From: an uncultured delta proteobacterium
GTDB taxonomy: Bacteria > Desulfobacterota > Syntrophia > Syntrophales > Smithellaceae
Direction of reading: 5' to 3'
DNA: 64,000 nt
NCBI GenBank assembly: GCA_963753975.1
Contig: CAVWEH010000005.1
Location: 576,001-640,000, forward strand
This document shows positions 29,539 through 39,811 of this stretch, in pieces (within the stretch, counting starts at the first letter, position 1; the number at the start of each line of letters is the position of its first letter). Under the pieces are notes generated by a model. It did not search any database. It had not been told where the DNA came from and worked only from the letters and a program-made list of their open reading frames with translations. The position numbers were made by a program, and so were the translations under genes.

Positions 29539-30141
29539 ATGATTGATTGGAGCAAGTTCATGGAAGTTATCTTCAAAGTGGGTGGATTAGCTGGGTTGGT
29601 ATCACTGTTTTGGCTGTTGATAAAGGATCTCATTAGCTTCTGCAAAAAACCGAAACTAGAACTCACGTTCGAAAAGACCAGAGACTTAAGGACATTCCAA
29701 TTTCGGGATACAGGTTGGGTAAGGAAGTTTGCTAACTTACACGTCCGGAATAAGCGTAATCAAACTGCAAAAAGGTGTGTCGCAAATCTAAAGATAATAA
29801 AAAGACCCCCTCAGGCTGTGAATCTTGAAGATCAATATGCGCTGCATTGGGCAGGTGTCGATTACACCGCTCTTACGACGGGGGCACAGCCCATTGATCT
29901 AGGATCAGAATTGATTCGGCTGGATGTCCTATTCACGCAACAAGGCCAAAACGCGAACGGCTGTTGGATAGCGGTGCCTTTTACTCTGTCTGGAAGTTTG
30001 ACCAACAATCAAGCATATTTGCCACCTGGTGAGTATGAAGTACAAATCAAGATCACGTGCGAGAATGGCAAGGGGGACAAAGCGAAATTCAAAATTGTCT
30101 CGCCTACTGTGTGGGATGGTCTTGACATGCAGATTCTGTGA
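29539..30141 (+). CDS. Hypothetical protein, N-terminal TM anchor plus beta-rich domain; cassette-like
   Basis: 200-aa ORF followed within 40 nt by an attC-like site. Confidence 0.7.
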   Translation: MIDWSKFMEVIFKVGGLAGLVSLFWLLIKDLISFCKKPKLELTFEKTRDLRTFQFRDTGWVRKFANLHVRNKRNQTAKRCVANLKIIKRPPQAVNLEDQYALHWAGVDYTALTTGAQPIDLGSELIRLDVLFTQQGQNANGCWIAVPFTLSGSLTNNQAYLPPGEYEVQIKITCENGKGDKAKFKIVSPTVWDGLDMQIL

Positions 30142-30176
30142 GGGCGAAATATCCATAGACGCTGTGGAGAATACTC

Positions 30177-30239
30177 ACATAACTATTCGTTCCAGCCAAT
30201 CGCCGATGGAGCGGGCTCCGGCTGACGCCCATATTAGGG
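30177..30239 (+). other. Degenerate integron attC-like recombination site
   Basis: R'' ACATAAC, 5 nt spacer, L'' GTTCCAGC, centre, L' GCTGACG, 5 nt spacer, R' ATTAGGG (GTT to ATT); 63 bp. Confidence 0.6.
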
Positions 30240-30255
30240 CACAAGGATAGAGGAA

Positions 30256-30855
30256 ATGGGCAACGCAAATCTTTCAGCGATTCTGACAATAGTTGCACTG
30301 GTACTCAGCTTCATTGTCCTATGTGTGGTCGCATGCCAGACCTATCTAAATCGAAAGTCACTGACTCTGGCGAAGCAAAGCATCGATGCGGATAGAAAGA
30401 TTCGGCAGATAGAGTTGCTCCCCAAGGCCCATTTTATTTTTGAAGTACAATATCATGTGAAAAAATGGTTAGAGGACATTGAAAACACAACGAAGGCCCT
30501 TCAAGACGCCTTCGATACTAAAGATCTCGCCCTTTTGAGAAAGATCTCAGAAAAGGCTCTGAAAAGTCCCAAAGGTCTGGTCGACAAGTTTTCGTACGAA
30601 AAAGGACCACGATGGCTGTCGGAAATCTGGCTCGCTTCTGCACAATATTATTATGATTTCAATAGTCCGCTGAGGGATCTATGGAATGAAAAAAGACAAG
30701 AGCCTTTTTGGGATTTGGCTCCAGACCTAATAGATAGGGGCAAGGAACATTCCCGTCACATTTCGAATCTCTTGGGCTATATTAACCAGACGGTGCCTGA
30801 GTCTTATGCAGCAGCCCCAGCGAGTATCAGTGATAGCAAGTTTTTGTCGGATTAA
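30256..30855 (+). CDS. Hypothetical protein, N-terminal TM plus helical domain; cassette-like
   Basis: Starts 16 nt after R'-like box with GAGG RBS, so no room for a promoter; TAAC follows the stop. Confidence 0.7.
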   Translation: MGNANLSAILTIVALVLSFIVLCVVACQTYLNRKSLTLAKQSIDADRKIRQIELLPKAHFIFEVQYHVKKWLEDIENTTKALQDAFDTKDLALLRKISEKALKSPKGLVDKFSYEKGPRWLSEIWLASAQYYYDFNSPLRDLWNEKRQEPFWDLAPDLIDRGKEHSRHISNLLGYINQTVPESYAAAPASISDSKFLSD

Positions 30856-30879
30856 TTAATGAGTGTATTGGTTAACAAA

Positions 30880-31004
30880 TGGGCTCTTCAAAAATGCTCA
30901 GATGCAAGGCGCGCAAGGCTTGAGGAATGAGACGTATTTTTCCGTACGCCGCAACGACGAGAGATGCAGCGCAACGCCGCAGGTGGGCATTTTGCGATAG
31001 CCCA
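30880..31004. mobile_element. ~125 bp MITE-like element, copy B
   Basis: Imperfect TIRs TGGGCTCTTCAAAAATGCTCA / TGGGCATTTTGCGATAGCCCA; same core as 26919-27044. Confidence 0.8.
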
Positions 31005-31005
31005 A

Positions 31006-32670
31006 TCAGTCTTTAAAAATCGCCCCGGTCGACGCCGACGTCACCAGTCTTCGCATAGCGCGCCAGATAGCCGCTCGTGATTGCCGGTTTTCTTAATTTC
31101 AGATGTTTTTTGCGCTTCTCCAGATCTTTGTCGCTCACTTTCAGTGTCAATGTTTTTTCCGGCATATTGATGGCAATGATGTCGCCTTCTTTCACCAGCG
31201 CAATCGGGCCGCCTTCGGCCGCTTCGGGCGATATATGGCCGATAGCCGCGCCTTGTGTGCCGCCGCTGAAACGTGCCGTCGGTCAAGAAGCGCAACCGTT
31301 TTATCCAGACCCATGCCGACAATGGCCGATGTGGGCGAGAGCATTTCCCTCATTCCCGGCCCGCCTTTAGGACCTTCATAGCGGATCACAACGATATCGC
31401 CGGATTTAATTTTTCCCTTGAGAATTGCTTTTATCGCGTCGTCTTCGCAATCAAATACGCGGGCTTTTCCTTCGTTCACCTGCATACCGGGAGAAACGGC
31501 GGATTGCTTCACAACAGCTCCGTCCGGCGCCAGATTGCCCCGCAAAACGGCGATGCCGCCCTGCGACGAATAAGGATTATTCAACGGCCGGATAACATCC
31601 TCGTCCAAAACGTGCGCGTTCTTTAAATTGGTCTCCACGTTTTTACCGGTAACGGTATGAGCTTTCATATCCAAGACGCCCAGCGTACTGATGACTTTCA
31701 TGAGCGCTTGAATACCGCCGGCAGTATCAAAATCTTGAATATGGTGATGGCCGGCGGGGCTTAATTTACAAAGGTTGGGTGTTTTCTCGCTGATTTTATT
31801 GAAGAGATCTAAATCAATTTTAATGCCTGCTTCATGAGCGATCGCCGGAATATGCAAAACGGTATTGGTGGAACAACCCAGCGCCATATCCACGGCAATG
31901 GCGTTCTTAAAAGCGGCCAATGTCGCGATATCGCGCGGCTTCACATTCTTTTTGAATAATTCCATAATTTTCATTCCCGCGTGTTTGGCGAGCCTCCGGC
32001 GCGCCGCATAGACCGCCGGAACCGTGCCGTTTCCGGGAAGTCCCAGGCCGAGCGCTTCCGTGACACAGTTCATGGAATTGGCGGTGTACATACCGGAACA
32101 CGATCCACAACCCGGACAGGCGCAATCTTCCAACTGTTTCAAACTGGCTTCGGTCATTTTTTTGGCTTTAACTGCGCCCACGCCTTCAAAAACGCTGATA
32201 AGGTCAACGGCTTTTCCTTCCATTTGTCCCGCAAGCATCGGGCCGCCGCTGATAAAAATAGCCGGAATGTTCAAGCGCAGAGCCGCCATGAGCATTCCGG
32301 GAATAATCTTATCGCAGTTGGGAATGAAAACCAGCGCGTCAAAAGGATGAGCTGTGGCCATGATTTCAATGGAATCGGCGATCAACTCGCGGCTGGCGAG
32401 AGAATATTTCATGCCGGCATGTCCCATTGCTATGCCGTCGCAAACTCCGATCACCGGAAATTCCACCGGAGTGCCGCCGGCCATGCGGATTCCCGCTTTG
32501 ACATCCTGAGTGATTAAATCCAGATGGATGTGTCCGGGAATAATTTCATTGGCGGAATTGACGACGCCGATTAGCGGCCGCTCTATTTCTTCATCGGTAT
32601 AGCCCATGGCCTTAAAAAGCGAGCGATGCGGGGCGCGCTCCAACCCTTTTTTCATGAGATCGCTTCTCAT
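31006..32670 (-). CDS. ilvD: Dihydroxy-acid dehydratase (frameshifts in the 3' part)
   Basis: [50 protein letters not shown] in shifted frames. Confidence 0.95.
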
Positions 32671-32726
32671 AAATTTACTCCTTAGATGCGAAGTCCGGCG
32701 CATGCCGGAGATTTCTTACAAAGATG

Positions 32727-33782
32727 TCATTTTTTTCTTCTCTCTGGTCTCAATGCCCTTACAGCCGCGCCAGCCTGCCACATTTCGGATTCGCGCATTT
32801 CTTTTAGTTCAGCCTCCAGTTTTTCCTTATAATCCGGGGCGCTATTGGCTTTGAGCACTATTGCCGTTTCCTTTCCCTTGGCGACTGATTTGTAAAGTTC
32901 CTCAAATACCGGTTCCACCGCCTTGCGGAATTTATGTCGCCAATCCAGTGCTCCGCGCTGAGCTGTGGTGCTGCAATTGGCGTACATCCAATCCATGCCG
33001 TTTTCAGCCACGAGACGGATCAGGCTCTGCGTCAGTTCTTCCACGGTTTCATTAAAAGCTTCGCTCGGAGTATGACCGTGTTTGCGTAATTCGTTGTATT
33101 GCGCCTCCATCATTCCGGCCAACGCTCCCATCAGTACGCCGCGCTCGCCGGTCAGATCGCTGTATACTTCCATTTGAAAAGTCGTGGGGAACAAAAATCC
33201 GGAGCCGATAGCGATACCCAGCGCCAATGTCCTTTCTTTGGCGCGGCCGGTAGCGTCCTGATGAACGGCGAAGCTGCTGTTGATGCCGCTTCCGTCCAGG
33301 AAATTTCTACGAACGCTCGTTCCGGAGCCTTTGGGTGCCACCAGAATCACATCCACAAAATCAGGCGGAATTACACCGGTCTGATCTTTGTAAGCGACGG
33401 AGAAGCCGTGTGAAAAGTAAAGAGCATCGCCTTTTTTGAGATTTGCCTTGACTTTTGGCCACAACATCATTTGTGCGGCATCGGATAGCAAGTATTGAAT
33501 GATGGTTCCCCGCTTGACAGCTTCTTCAATCGGGAACAGGGTCTTGCCGGGAACCCACCCGTCCTTGATTGCTTTGTTCCATGTAGTTTTATTCTCTTCA
33601 CGCTGCCCCACAATCACATTGATTCCGTTGTCCCGCATGTTGAGCGCCTGCGCCGGACCTTGGACGCCGTAACCAATCACCGCAACCACTTCATTTTTCA
33701 AAACCTGCTGCGCTTTCTTTAGAGGAAATTCTTCCGCCGTGATTACTTCTTCTTGAACGCCGCCAAAATTAATTTTCGCCAT
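32727..33782 (-). CDS. ilvC: Ketol-acid reductoisomerase
   Basis: GYGVQG, FSHGF, VAPKGSG, SDLTGERGVLMG, CSTTAQRGA. Confidence 0.95.
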   Translation of the reverse strand: MAKINFGGVQEEVITAEEFPLKKAQQVLKNEVVAVIGYGVQGPAQALNMRDNGINVIVGQREENKTTWNKAIKDGWVPGKTLFPIEEAVKRGTIIQYLLSDAAQMMLWPKVKANLKKGDALYFSHGFSVAYKDQTGVIPPDFVDVILVAPKGSGTSVRRNFLDGSGINSSFAVHQDATGRAKERTLALGIAIGSGFLFPTTFQMEVYSDLTGERGVLMGALAGMMEAQYNELRKHGHTPSEAFNETVEELTQSLIRLVAENGMDWMYANCSTTAQRGALDWRHKFRKAVEPVFEELYKSVAKGKETAIVLKANSAPDYKEKLEAELKEMRESEMWQAGAAVRALRPERRKK

Positions 33783-33829
33783 ATAACCTCCCTGCTATTT
33801 ATGTAAATAGAATTTGGTTTGTTAAAGGA

Positions 33830-34315
33830 TCAGCTTTTTAAGTTCAAAGCCACGATACCGGTTCTTGTAATATCGGTTATACCAAGAGGTTCCAGCCGGG
33901 CAAGAGCAAGATCGATTTCCGGTTTATCGCCCGTGATTTCCAGAATTATAAAAGCATCATTGGATGCTATTACCTTCCATTTGTAGGTGTCAATTGCTTT
34001 TTTTATCTGTTCTTTTTTATCATCGGCCAAATTCAGGCGAACCAGAATCATTTCGCGGTGAACAGATTCGACATTGGTCAAATCGTCGACCTGGATGACG
34101 TCGACCAGTCTTTGCAGTTGACCTTCGATTCTGGAAATAGTTGCCTGATTGCCGATAGTGGCCATTACTATTTTCGATACTTCGTATTGGGTGGTCGTGT
34201 TCACGCAGAGACTTTCAATGTTGTAGCCTTTGCCGCCCAGTGTTCCCGCGATTCTCGCCAACACGTCCGGTTTATTGTAAACAAGTATCGAGATTATGTG
34301 CTCTTTCTTTTCCAT
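33830..34315 (-). CDS. ilvN: Acetolactate synthase small subunit
   Basis: ACT domain NKPDVLARI..GYNIESL, RTG. Confidence 0.9.
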   Translation of the reverse strand: MEKKEHIISILVYNKPDVLARIAGTLGGKGYNIESLCVNTTTQYEVSKIVMATIGNQATISRIEGQLQRLVDVIQVDDLTNVESVHREMILVRLNLADDKKEQIKKAIDTYKWKVIASNDAFIILEITGDKPEIDLALARLEPLGITDITRTGIVALNLKS

Positions 34316-34343
34316 GCCGATTAACCTTTCTCTCTATTTTTTA

Positions 34344-36047
34344 TTAATTAATCATTTCTCTGGTGCCCAGCTCCATTTCACTGATGGATTCACCCGGGCG
34401 CACCATAGGATAAACGCATTCTTCACGGGCAACCTGAAAATCCATCAAGACCGGTTTATCGATGGAAAGCCCTTTTTGTAAAATCGATTCCACCTCTTCC
34501 GGTTTTGTGGCGCGCAATCCTATGATGCCGTACGCTTCAGCCAATTTCACGAAGTCCGGCGCATAAGTCATATCCGTATGCGAATAGCGTTTTTCATAAA
34601 ATAATTCCTGCCACTGGCGCACCATGCCCAGATAGCCGTTATTCAAAAGAACGACCTTAACGGAAATTTTGTATTGAGCCGCAGTCGCGAGTTCCTGAAT
34701 ATTCATTTGGATGCTGCCGTCGCCGGCTATATCCACGACCTGTTTATCGGGAAATGCGCACTTGACGCCGATAGCCGCGGGCAGGCCGTAGCCCATTGTG
34801 CCCAGTCCGCCGGACGTGATGAAAGTGTTGGGTTTATCAAACTGGAAAAATTGTGCCGTCCACATCTGGTTCTGACCCACTTCTGTGGTGATGATAACAT
34901 TGCCTTTAGTCAATTTGTGGAGCGTTTCGATGACATACTGCGGTTTGATAACCTTGCCGTTTTGACAGTACGTCAGTGGAACTTTTTCCTTCCATTCGGC
35001 AATTTGTTTTAGCCATTCGTTCCTCCCTTTAGCTGCCGGAGAATAGTTGTGTTCGGCCAAAAATTTTATCATATCCTGAAGCGTTGCTTTTGTTTCGCCG
35101 ATAATCGGCAAATCGACGACGACATTTCTGTTGATGGAGGAAGGATCGATATCGATTTGAACGATTTTGGCATTGGTGGCAAAAGTCTCGATTGTCCCGG
35201 TGACGCGGTCGTCAAACCTCACGCCCACAGCGATGAGCAAATCGCAGTGGCTGACGGCCATATTCGCGTAGAAAGTGCCGTGCATTCCCAGCATGCCCAG
35301 CCACAGTGGATCAGTTCCCGGAAAGGAGCCCAAACCCATCAAGGTGCCGGTGACGGGAATTTGATAGTGTCTGGCGAGTTCGGTCAGCTCCGCCGCCGCT
35401 TTGCCCAGAATAACACCGCCGCCCGTCATAATTAAAGGCTTTTTGGCCTGAGCCAGCATTTCTAAGACCTGAGCCATTTTCTTCGGAGCCGGCTTGTGAA
35501 ATACATCATAGTTTCTGATCTTGATGCTGGCGGGATCATAGTCAGCTTCCGTCGCCATCACGTTTTTAGGTAAGTCCACCAAAACCGGGCCCGGTCGCCC
35601 GGAGCGCGCGATATGAAAGGCTTCCTTGATAGTGGAAGCAAGCTCTTCCACGCTTCTCACCAGGAAATTGTGTTTGGTGCAGGGACGCGTTATACCCGTA
35701 ATATCGGATTCCTGAAAAGCATCGTTACCGATTAATCCCGTCGGCACTTGCCCCGTAAAAACAACGATGGGTATGGAATCCATGTTGGCGGTCGCGATGC
35801 CGGTAACGGTGTTGGTGGCTCCCGGACCGGAAGTTACTAGGCAAACTCCCACTCTTCCGGTAGCGCGGGCATAGCCGTCGGCCGCATGTACCGCTCCCTG
35901 TTCATGGCGAACTAAGACATGTTTAATTTTGCTTTTATAAAGTTGATCATAAATATCCAGAACAGACCCGCCCGGATATCCGAAAATGATATCCACTTTT
36001 TCTTCTTCCAGCATCTTCAGCAGAATTTGTGAACCTTTTAATTTCAT
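34344..36047 (-). CDS. ilvB: Acetolactate synthase large subunit
   Basis: FGYPGG, RHEQGA, GMLGMHG, GDGS...NN ThDP motif, GMVRQWQ. Confidence 0.95.
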   Translation of the reverse strand: MKLKGSQILLKMLEEEKVDIIFGYPGGSVLDIYDQLYKSKIKHVLVRHEQGAVHAADGYARATGRVGVCLVTSGPGATNTVTGIATANMDSIPIVVFTGQVPTGLIGNDAFQESDITGITRPCTKHNFLVRSVEELASTIKEAFHIARSGRPGPVLVDLPKNVMATEADYDPASIKIRNYDVFHKPAPKKMAQVLEMLAQAKKPLIMTGGGVILGKAAAELTELARHYQIPVTGTLMGLGSFPGTDPLWLGMLGMHGTFYANMAVSHCDLLIAVGVRFDDRVTGTIETFATNAKIVQIDIDPSSINRNVVVDLPIIGETKATLQDMIKFLAEHNYSPAAKGRNEWLKQIAEWKEKVPLTYCQNGKVIKPQYVIETLHKLTKGNVIITTEVGQNQMWTAQFFQFDKPNTFITSGGLGTMGYGLPAAIGVKCAFPDKQVVDIAGDGSIQMNIQELATAAQYKISVKVVLLNNGYLGMVRQWQELFYEKRYSHTDMTYAPDFVKLAEAYGIIGLRATKPEEVESILQKGLSIDKPVLMDFQVAREECVYPMVRPGESISEMELGTREMIN

Positions 36048-36094
36048 TTATTTACTCCAATATTGCCGATTAAATTTGCACTTATGCTTAAATT

Positions 36095-36175
36095 AAAAAA
36101 GCCGCTGATTTCTCTTAAGAAAAGCGGCTTTGCTATAAAAATAAGAAAGCCGCGGGATTTAGGGGCCCGCGGTTC
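36095..36175 (-). terminator. Tandem attenuator terminators of the ilv leader
   Basis: CCGCGGG-CCCCTAAAT-CCCGCGG+CTTTCTTATTTTT, then AAAGCCGCT...AGCGGCTTTTTT. Confidence 0.8.
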
Positions 36176-36187
36176 GTATCTTTTATG

Positions 36188-36295
36188 TTATTTCTTAAAG
36201 ATACAGAGAGCGGCAGACCCCCTGAGTACTACTACGAGTACCCTAACAACATTAATTATTAGGTTATTGCCGCAGTTTAAATCTTTAAGAAACAT
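36188..36295 (-). CDS. ilv operon leader peptide (35 aa; not in ORF track)
   Basis: RBS GAGGA; MFLKDLNCGNNLIINVVRVLVVVLRGSAALCIFKK*, Leu/Ile/Val run upstream of terminators. Confidence 0.8.
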   Translation of the reverse strand: MFLKDLNCGNNLIINVVRVLVVVLRGSAALCIFKK

Positions 36296-36322
36296 AATCT
36301 AATTCCTCTTATATCTGCACCT

Positions 36323-36351
36323 TTAATAACTAAAAAAAAAGTTCTTGTCAA
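36323..36351 (-). promoter_or_regulatory. Candidate sigma70 promoter for the ilv leader
   Basis: TTGACA-17 nt-TATTAA on minus strand. Confidence 0.45.
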
Positions 36352-36358
36352 GGCATTT

Positions 36359-36631
36359 ATTGTGAAACTCCAATCCTAATGAAACTCAGATATTATCCCG
36401 TCGCGGGATGTCGCGTTTGTGAAAAGAGCCTTCGGCTCCTTCTAGGGGGGACTTCACAAACGCAGTGCAGTAATATCTGTCAGTTGAATTATCCCACGTG
36501 CGAAGCTAAGTGGGACTATAGTGTAATGAGACCCAAGTTTCAGAAACAGATTGCATAACCTAAAGGTCACAAAATGCTGAAACTTGTAGGTCGAATTATC
36601 CCGCAAAGCGGAGGGCTGTTTTATGTCCGTG
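36359..36631 (-). repeat. Modular structured intergenic repeat, copy 2 (two units)
   Basis: Reverse complement begins CACGGACATAAA and ends GGATTGGAGTTTCACAAT; second unit near-identical to copy 1. Confidence 0.9.
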
Positions 36632-36648
36632 GTAATTTTTCCGAATTT

Positions 36649-38688
36649 TTACCGGAATAAATCTTCTTTTTCTTCGAGGAAATCTTTGGAGTTTTCACTC
36701 GGCTGCGCGCTATCCAGAAAACATTCGTAAATAGTGCCGTTTTCCGACTCGCTCGCCGGTTTTCCCGTTTTTGCGTCAACCTTTACGAATACGATTCCGT
36801 CCGGCGTGGGAAAAGTTTCCACCGGCGTGTTTTTCAGCACTTTTTCCATGAAATATAACCAAATAGGAGCCGCCGCCCTTCCACCTACTTCTAGTTTGCC
36901 CAAAGATATTTCCTGATCGAAGCCCACCCAAATTCCGGTAATAAGGGAAGGAGTAAATCCGATAAACCAGGCGTCACGAAAATCATTCGTCGTTCCTGTT
37001 TTTGCGGCCACCGGTCTTCCTATGCTTTTAACTCGTCTGCCGGTACCGCTTTCTACAACATCGCGCATAATGTAAGATGTCATGAAGGCTATTCGGGGAT
37101 CAATAACCTGTTCGGACTGAGGTTTAGTTTCTTCAAAAACGTTGCCGGTGCGATCAACAATTTTTTTAATAAAATAAGGAGTTACCTTTTTACCCTGGTT
37201 TGCCAAAACATCATAAGCTCTTACAAGTTCCTCCAGGGTTACGCCTGATACACCAAGTGCGAGCGATAGTGTCCGCGTTATAGGAGAAGAAATGCCCATA
37301 TTCGTGGCATAAGATGCTGCGTAATCAACGCCGATTTCTTGTAAAATCTTAATCGTCACAATATTTCGCGATTGAACGAGAGCCGTTCTCATGGTCGTAG
37401 GCCCCAAGAATTTTTCATCGAAGTTTCTTGGTTTCCAAAGGCCGTCTTCTGCAGTCGGATCTTCTATGATAATAGGAGAATCAACAAAGCGCGTCGAAGG
37501 ATTCAATCCTTTGTCGAATGCAGCCGTATAGATCAACGGCTTAAAAGCGGAGCCGGCCTGCCTGCGGGATTGGGTCGCACGGTTGAATTCGCTCTTATTA
37601 AAGTCGCGGCCTCCGACCATCGCGCGAATAGCGCCGGTTTTCACATCCATGCTAAATAGGGCGCCCTGCACCAGCCCGCGCTCGTATTTTTGCCTGTCTT
37701 CCAATTCCGTCAAACCTTTTTCCACGGCATCACGCGCTTCTTGTTGCGCGGACAGATTCAAAGTCGTATATATTGATAGACCTTCCTTATATAAAACGTC
37801 GGCGCCGTATTTTTCCTGCACGTAGCGGCGGACATTTTCCACAAAATAAGCTGCGACTTTATCTTTGGGTTTCATCGGCCGCAACTGCAGCGTAGCGGCA
37901 TATGCTTTTTCCATTTCTTCCTTGGATATGTAGCCGTCTTCCACCATGCGCGAAAGAACGTAAGCTTGTCTTTGCTTTGCTTTATCAAAATAGAGAAATG
38001 GAGAATACGTATTAGGTGCTTTCGGCAGACCGGCTAAAAGCGCCGCCTCGGGCAGGGTCAATTCCTTGGCAGTTTTGCCAAAGTAACCGAGCGCCGCCGA
38101 TTCTATTCCGTAAGTTCCGTGTCCCAGATAAATCTGATTCAAATATAAATTTAGAATTTCATCTTTGGAAAGATACTTATCGATTTTGTAAGCGAGAATC
38201 ACTTCCTTAAGTTTGCGGATGTACTTTTTTTCCGGTGAAAGATACATCATCTTTGCTACTTGCTGGGTAATGGTACTTCCGCCCTGGACGATGTGCCCCG
38301 CTTCAAAATTTTTGAACAGTGCGCGAAAAATACTTTGAATATCCAGACCCTGATGCTGGTAGAAACGGGAGTCTTCCGAGGCAACAAAAGCATAGTCGAC
38401 GATCTTCGGAACTTCTTCTATTTTCACTATTTTTCTATCTTCCAGGAAAAACTCATCAATCAGCTCATTGTTGTCATCGTAAACTCGGGAAGCTATGCTG
38501 GGGCGGTAATCTTTAAGCGTATCAATGCTGGGCAGATCTAAAGTCAGGGCATAGTAGATAGTAGTTCCGCCAACTGTTACGAATAAGATAATGAGGATTA
38601 AGCCCAGAAAAATGGCAAAAAGCGTGGAAAGCTTCTTAATTTCCCCATCATTTTCGATACTTAATTTTATACGACGTCGTATGGTCAT
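36649..38688 (-). CDS. mrcA: Class A penicillin-binding protein 1A
   Basis: EDSRFYQHQG, GGSTITQQ, RKLKE; SAFK, SRN, KTG. Confidence 0.9.
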   Translation of the reverse strand: MTIRRRIKLSIENDGEIKKLSTLFAIFLGLILIILFVTVGGTTIYYALTLDLPSIDTLKDYRPSIASRVYDDNNELIDEFFLEDRKIVKIEEVPKIVDYAFVASEDSRFYQHQGLDIQSIFRALFKNFEAGHIVQGGSTITQQVAKMMYLSPEKKYIRKLKEVILAYKIDKYLSKDEILNLYLNQIYLGHGTYGIESAALGYFGKTAKELTLPEAALLAGLPKAPNTYSPFLYFDKAKQRQAYVLSRMVEDGYISKEEMEKAYAATLQLRPMKPKDKVAAYFVENVRRYVQEKYGADVLYKEGLSIYTTLNLSAQQEARDAVEKGLTELEDRQKYERGLVQGALFSMDVKTGAIRAMVGGRDFNKSEFNRATQSRRQAGSAFKPLIYTAAFDKGLNPSTRFVDSPIIIEDPTAEDGLWKPRNFDEKFLGPTTMRTALVQSRNIVTIKILQEIGVDYAASYATNMGISSPITRTLSLALGVSGVTLEELVRAYDVLANQGKKVTPYFIKKIVDRTGNVFEETKPQSEQVIDPRIAFMTSYIMRDVVESGTGRRVKSIGRPVAAKTGTTNDFRDAWFIGFTPSLITGIWVGFDQEISLGKLEVGGRAAAPIWLYFMEKVLKNTPVETFPTPDGIVFVKVDAKTGKPASESENGTIYECFLDSAQPSENSKDFLEEKEDLFR

Positions 38689-38699
38689 AATTTTACCAA

Positions 38700-39455
38700 C
38701 TATTCCTCTTTATTTTCAGAATTTTCTTTTTTCTTTGCGGCAAATCTGGCCACAAATATACTCACTTCATACAAAAACATCAAGGGTATTGCCATCAGTA
38801 TCTGACTTAAAGCATCGGGTGAAGGCGTTAAAATTGCGGCAACGATAAAAATTATTAAGATAGCGTATCTTCTTTGCCGGGAAAGCATCTTAGCGGTGAC
38901 TATGCCCAGTTTGGCCAAAAAGAAAATAAATATAGGCAGTTCGAAGGATATTCCAAAGCCCAGCAAAAAGGTTACAAAGAGCGAAAGATAATCACTAAAG
39001 GAAATCATGGCCTGCAGATACTGATTGTTAAAGCTGACGAAAAATTCGAAGGCCGGCGGCAGGACGACAAAATAGCCGAATAAAACACCTCCGATAAAAA
39101 GCAAACTGGAGGAAAGGACAAAAGGGACCACGTATTTTTTTTCCTTCGGCAGTAATCCGGGCGCAATAAATTTCCATATTTGGTAAAGGATGAAAGGGCT
39201 CGTAATTATCAGGGAAGCAAAAAAAGCCAGTTTCATATAAACAAAAAAGGCCTCGGTCAGTCCCGTATAAATAAGATAACCGTTTTTAGGAAGGACTCTG
39301 GTGAGTGGTTTGGTAATTATATCGAAAATCGAATCCTTATAATAATAGCAGGCGCCAAAACCGATAACCAGGATAATTAAAATGCGGAAAATCCTTTTAC
39401 GCAACTCTATTAAATGTTCAGTCAGGGACATCTTGTGATCTTCGTTGGGTTCCAT
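38700..39455 (-). CDS. tatC: Twin-arginine translocase TatC
   Basis: HLIELRKR, QIWKFIAPGL..KE, FELP, ILTPSPD. Confidence 0.95.
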   Translation of the reverse strand: MEPNEDHKMSLTEHLIELRKRIFRILIILVIGFGACYYYKDSIFDIITKPLTRVLPKNGYLIYTGLTEAFFVYMKLAFFASLIITSPFILYQIWKFIAPGLLPKEKKYVVPFVLSSSLLFIGGVLFGYFVVLPPAFEFFVSFNNQYLQAMISFSDYLSLFVTFLLGFGISFELPIFIFFLAKLGIVTAKMLSRQRRYAILIIFIVAAILTPSPDALSQILMAIPLMFLYEVSIFVARFAAKKKENSENKEE

Positions 39456-39508
39456 AATTTATACGTTAAGTTTTTGTTGGGAATCAGGGAAGCTTATTTT
39501 GAAATCAA

Positions 39509-39781
39509 TCACTTGTCTGCTTCTTTATGGGCAGGCGCCGGTTTGGTCTCTTCGATATCGGCCTTCTTCAATGAAAGTGAATCTTTCAGTCCGTCATCTT
39601 TTTGTTTTTCATCGTTCTGCAATGTTTGTTTGAGGTCATCGGTGATTCCGTCTGCGGCTTTGCGCAATTCACTGAAACTTTTTCCCAGTGTTTTGGCCAA
39701 ATCCGGCAATTTTTTTGGCCCGACAACAAGCAGAGCAATTATTGCAATTATAATAAGCTCCTGTATTCCGATGCCGAACAT
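39509..39781 (-). CDS. tatB: Twin-arginine translocase TatA/TatB subunit
   Basis: MFGIGIQELIII..LLVVGPKKLP; directly upstream of tatC. Confidence 0.75.
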   Translation of the reverse strand: MFGIGIQELIIIAIIALLVVGPKKLPDLAKTLGKSFSELRKAADGITDDLKQTLQNDEKQKDDGLKDSLSLKKADIEETKPAPAHKEADK

Positions 39782-39811
39782 GATTGTTAACTCCTAAAAA
39801 ATTGAAAAAAC

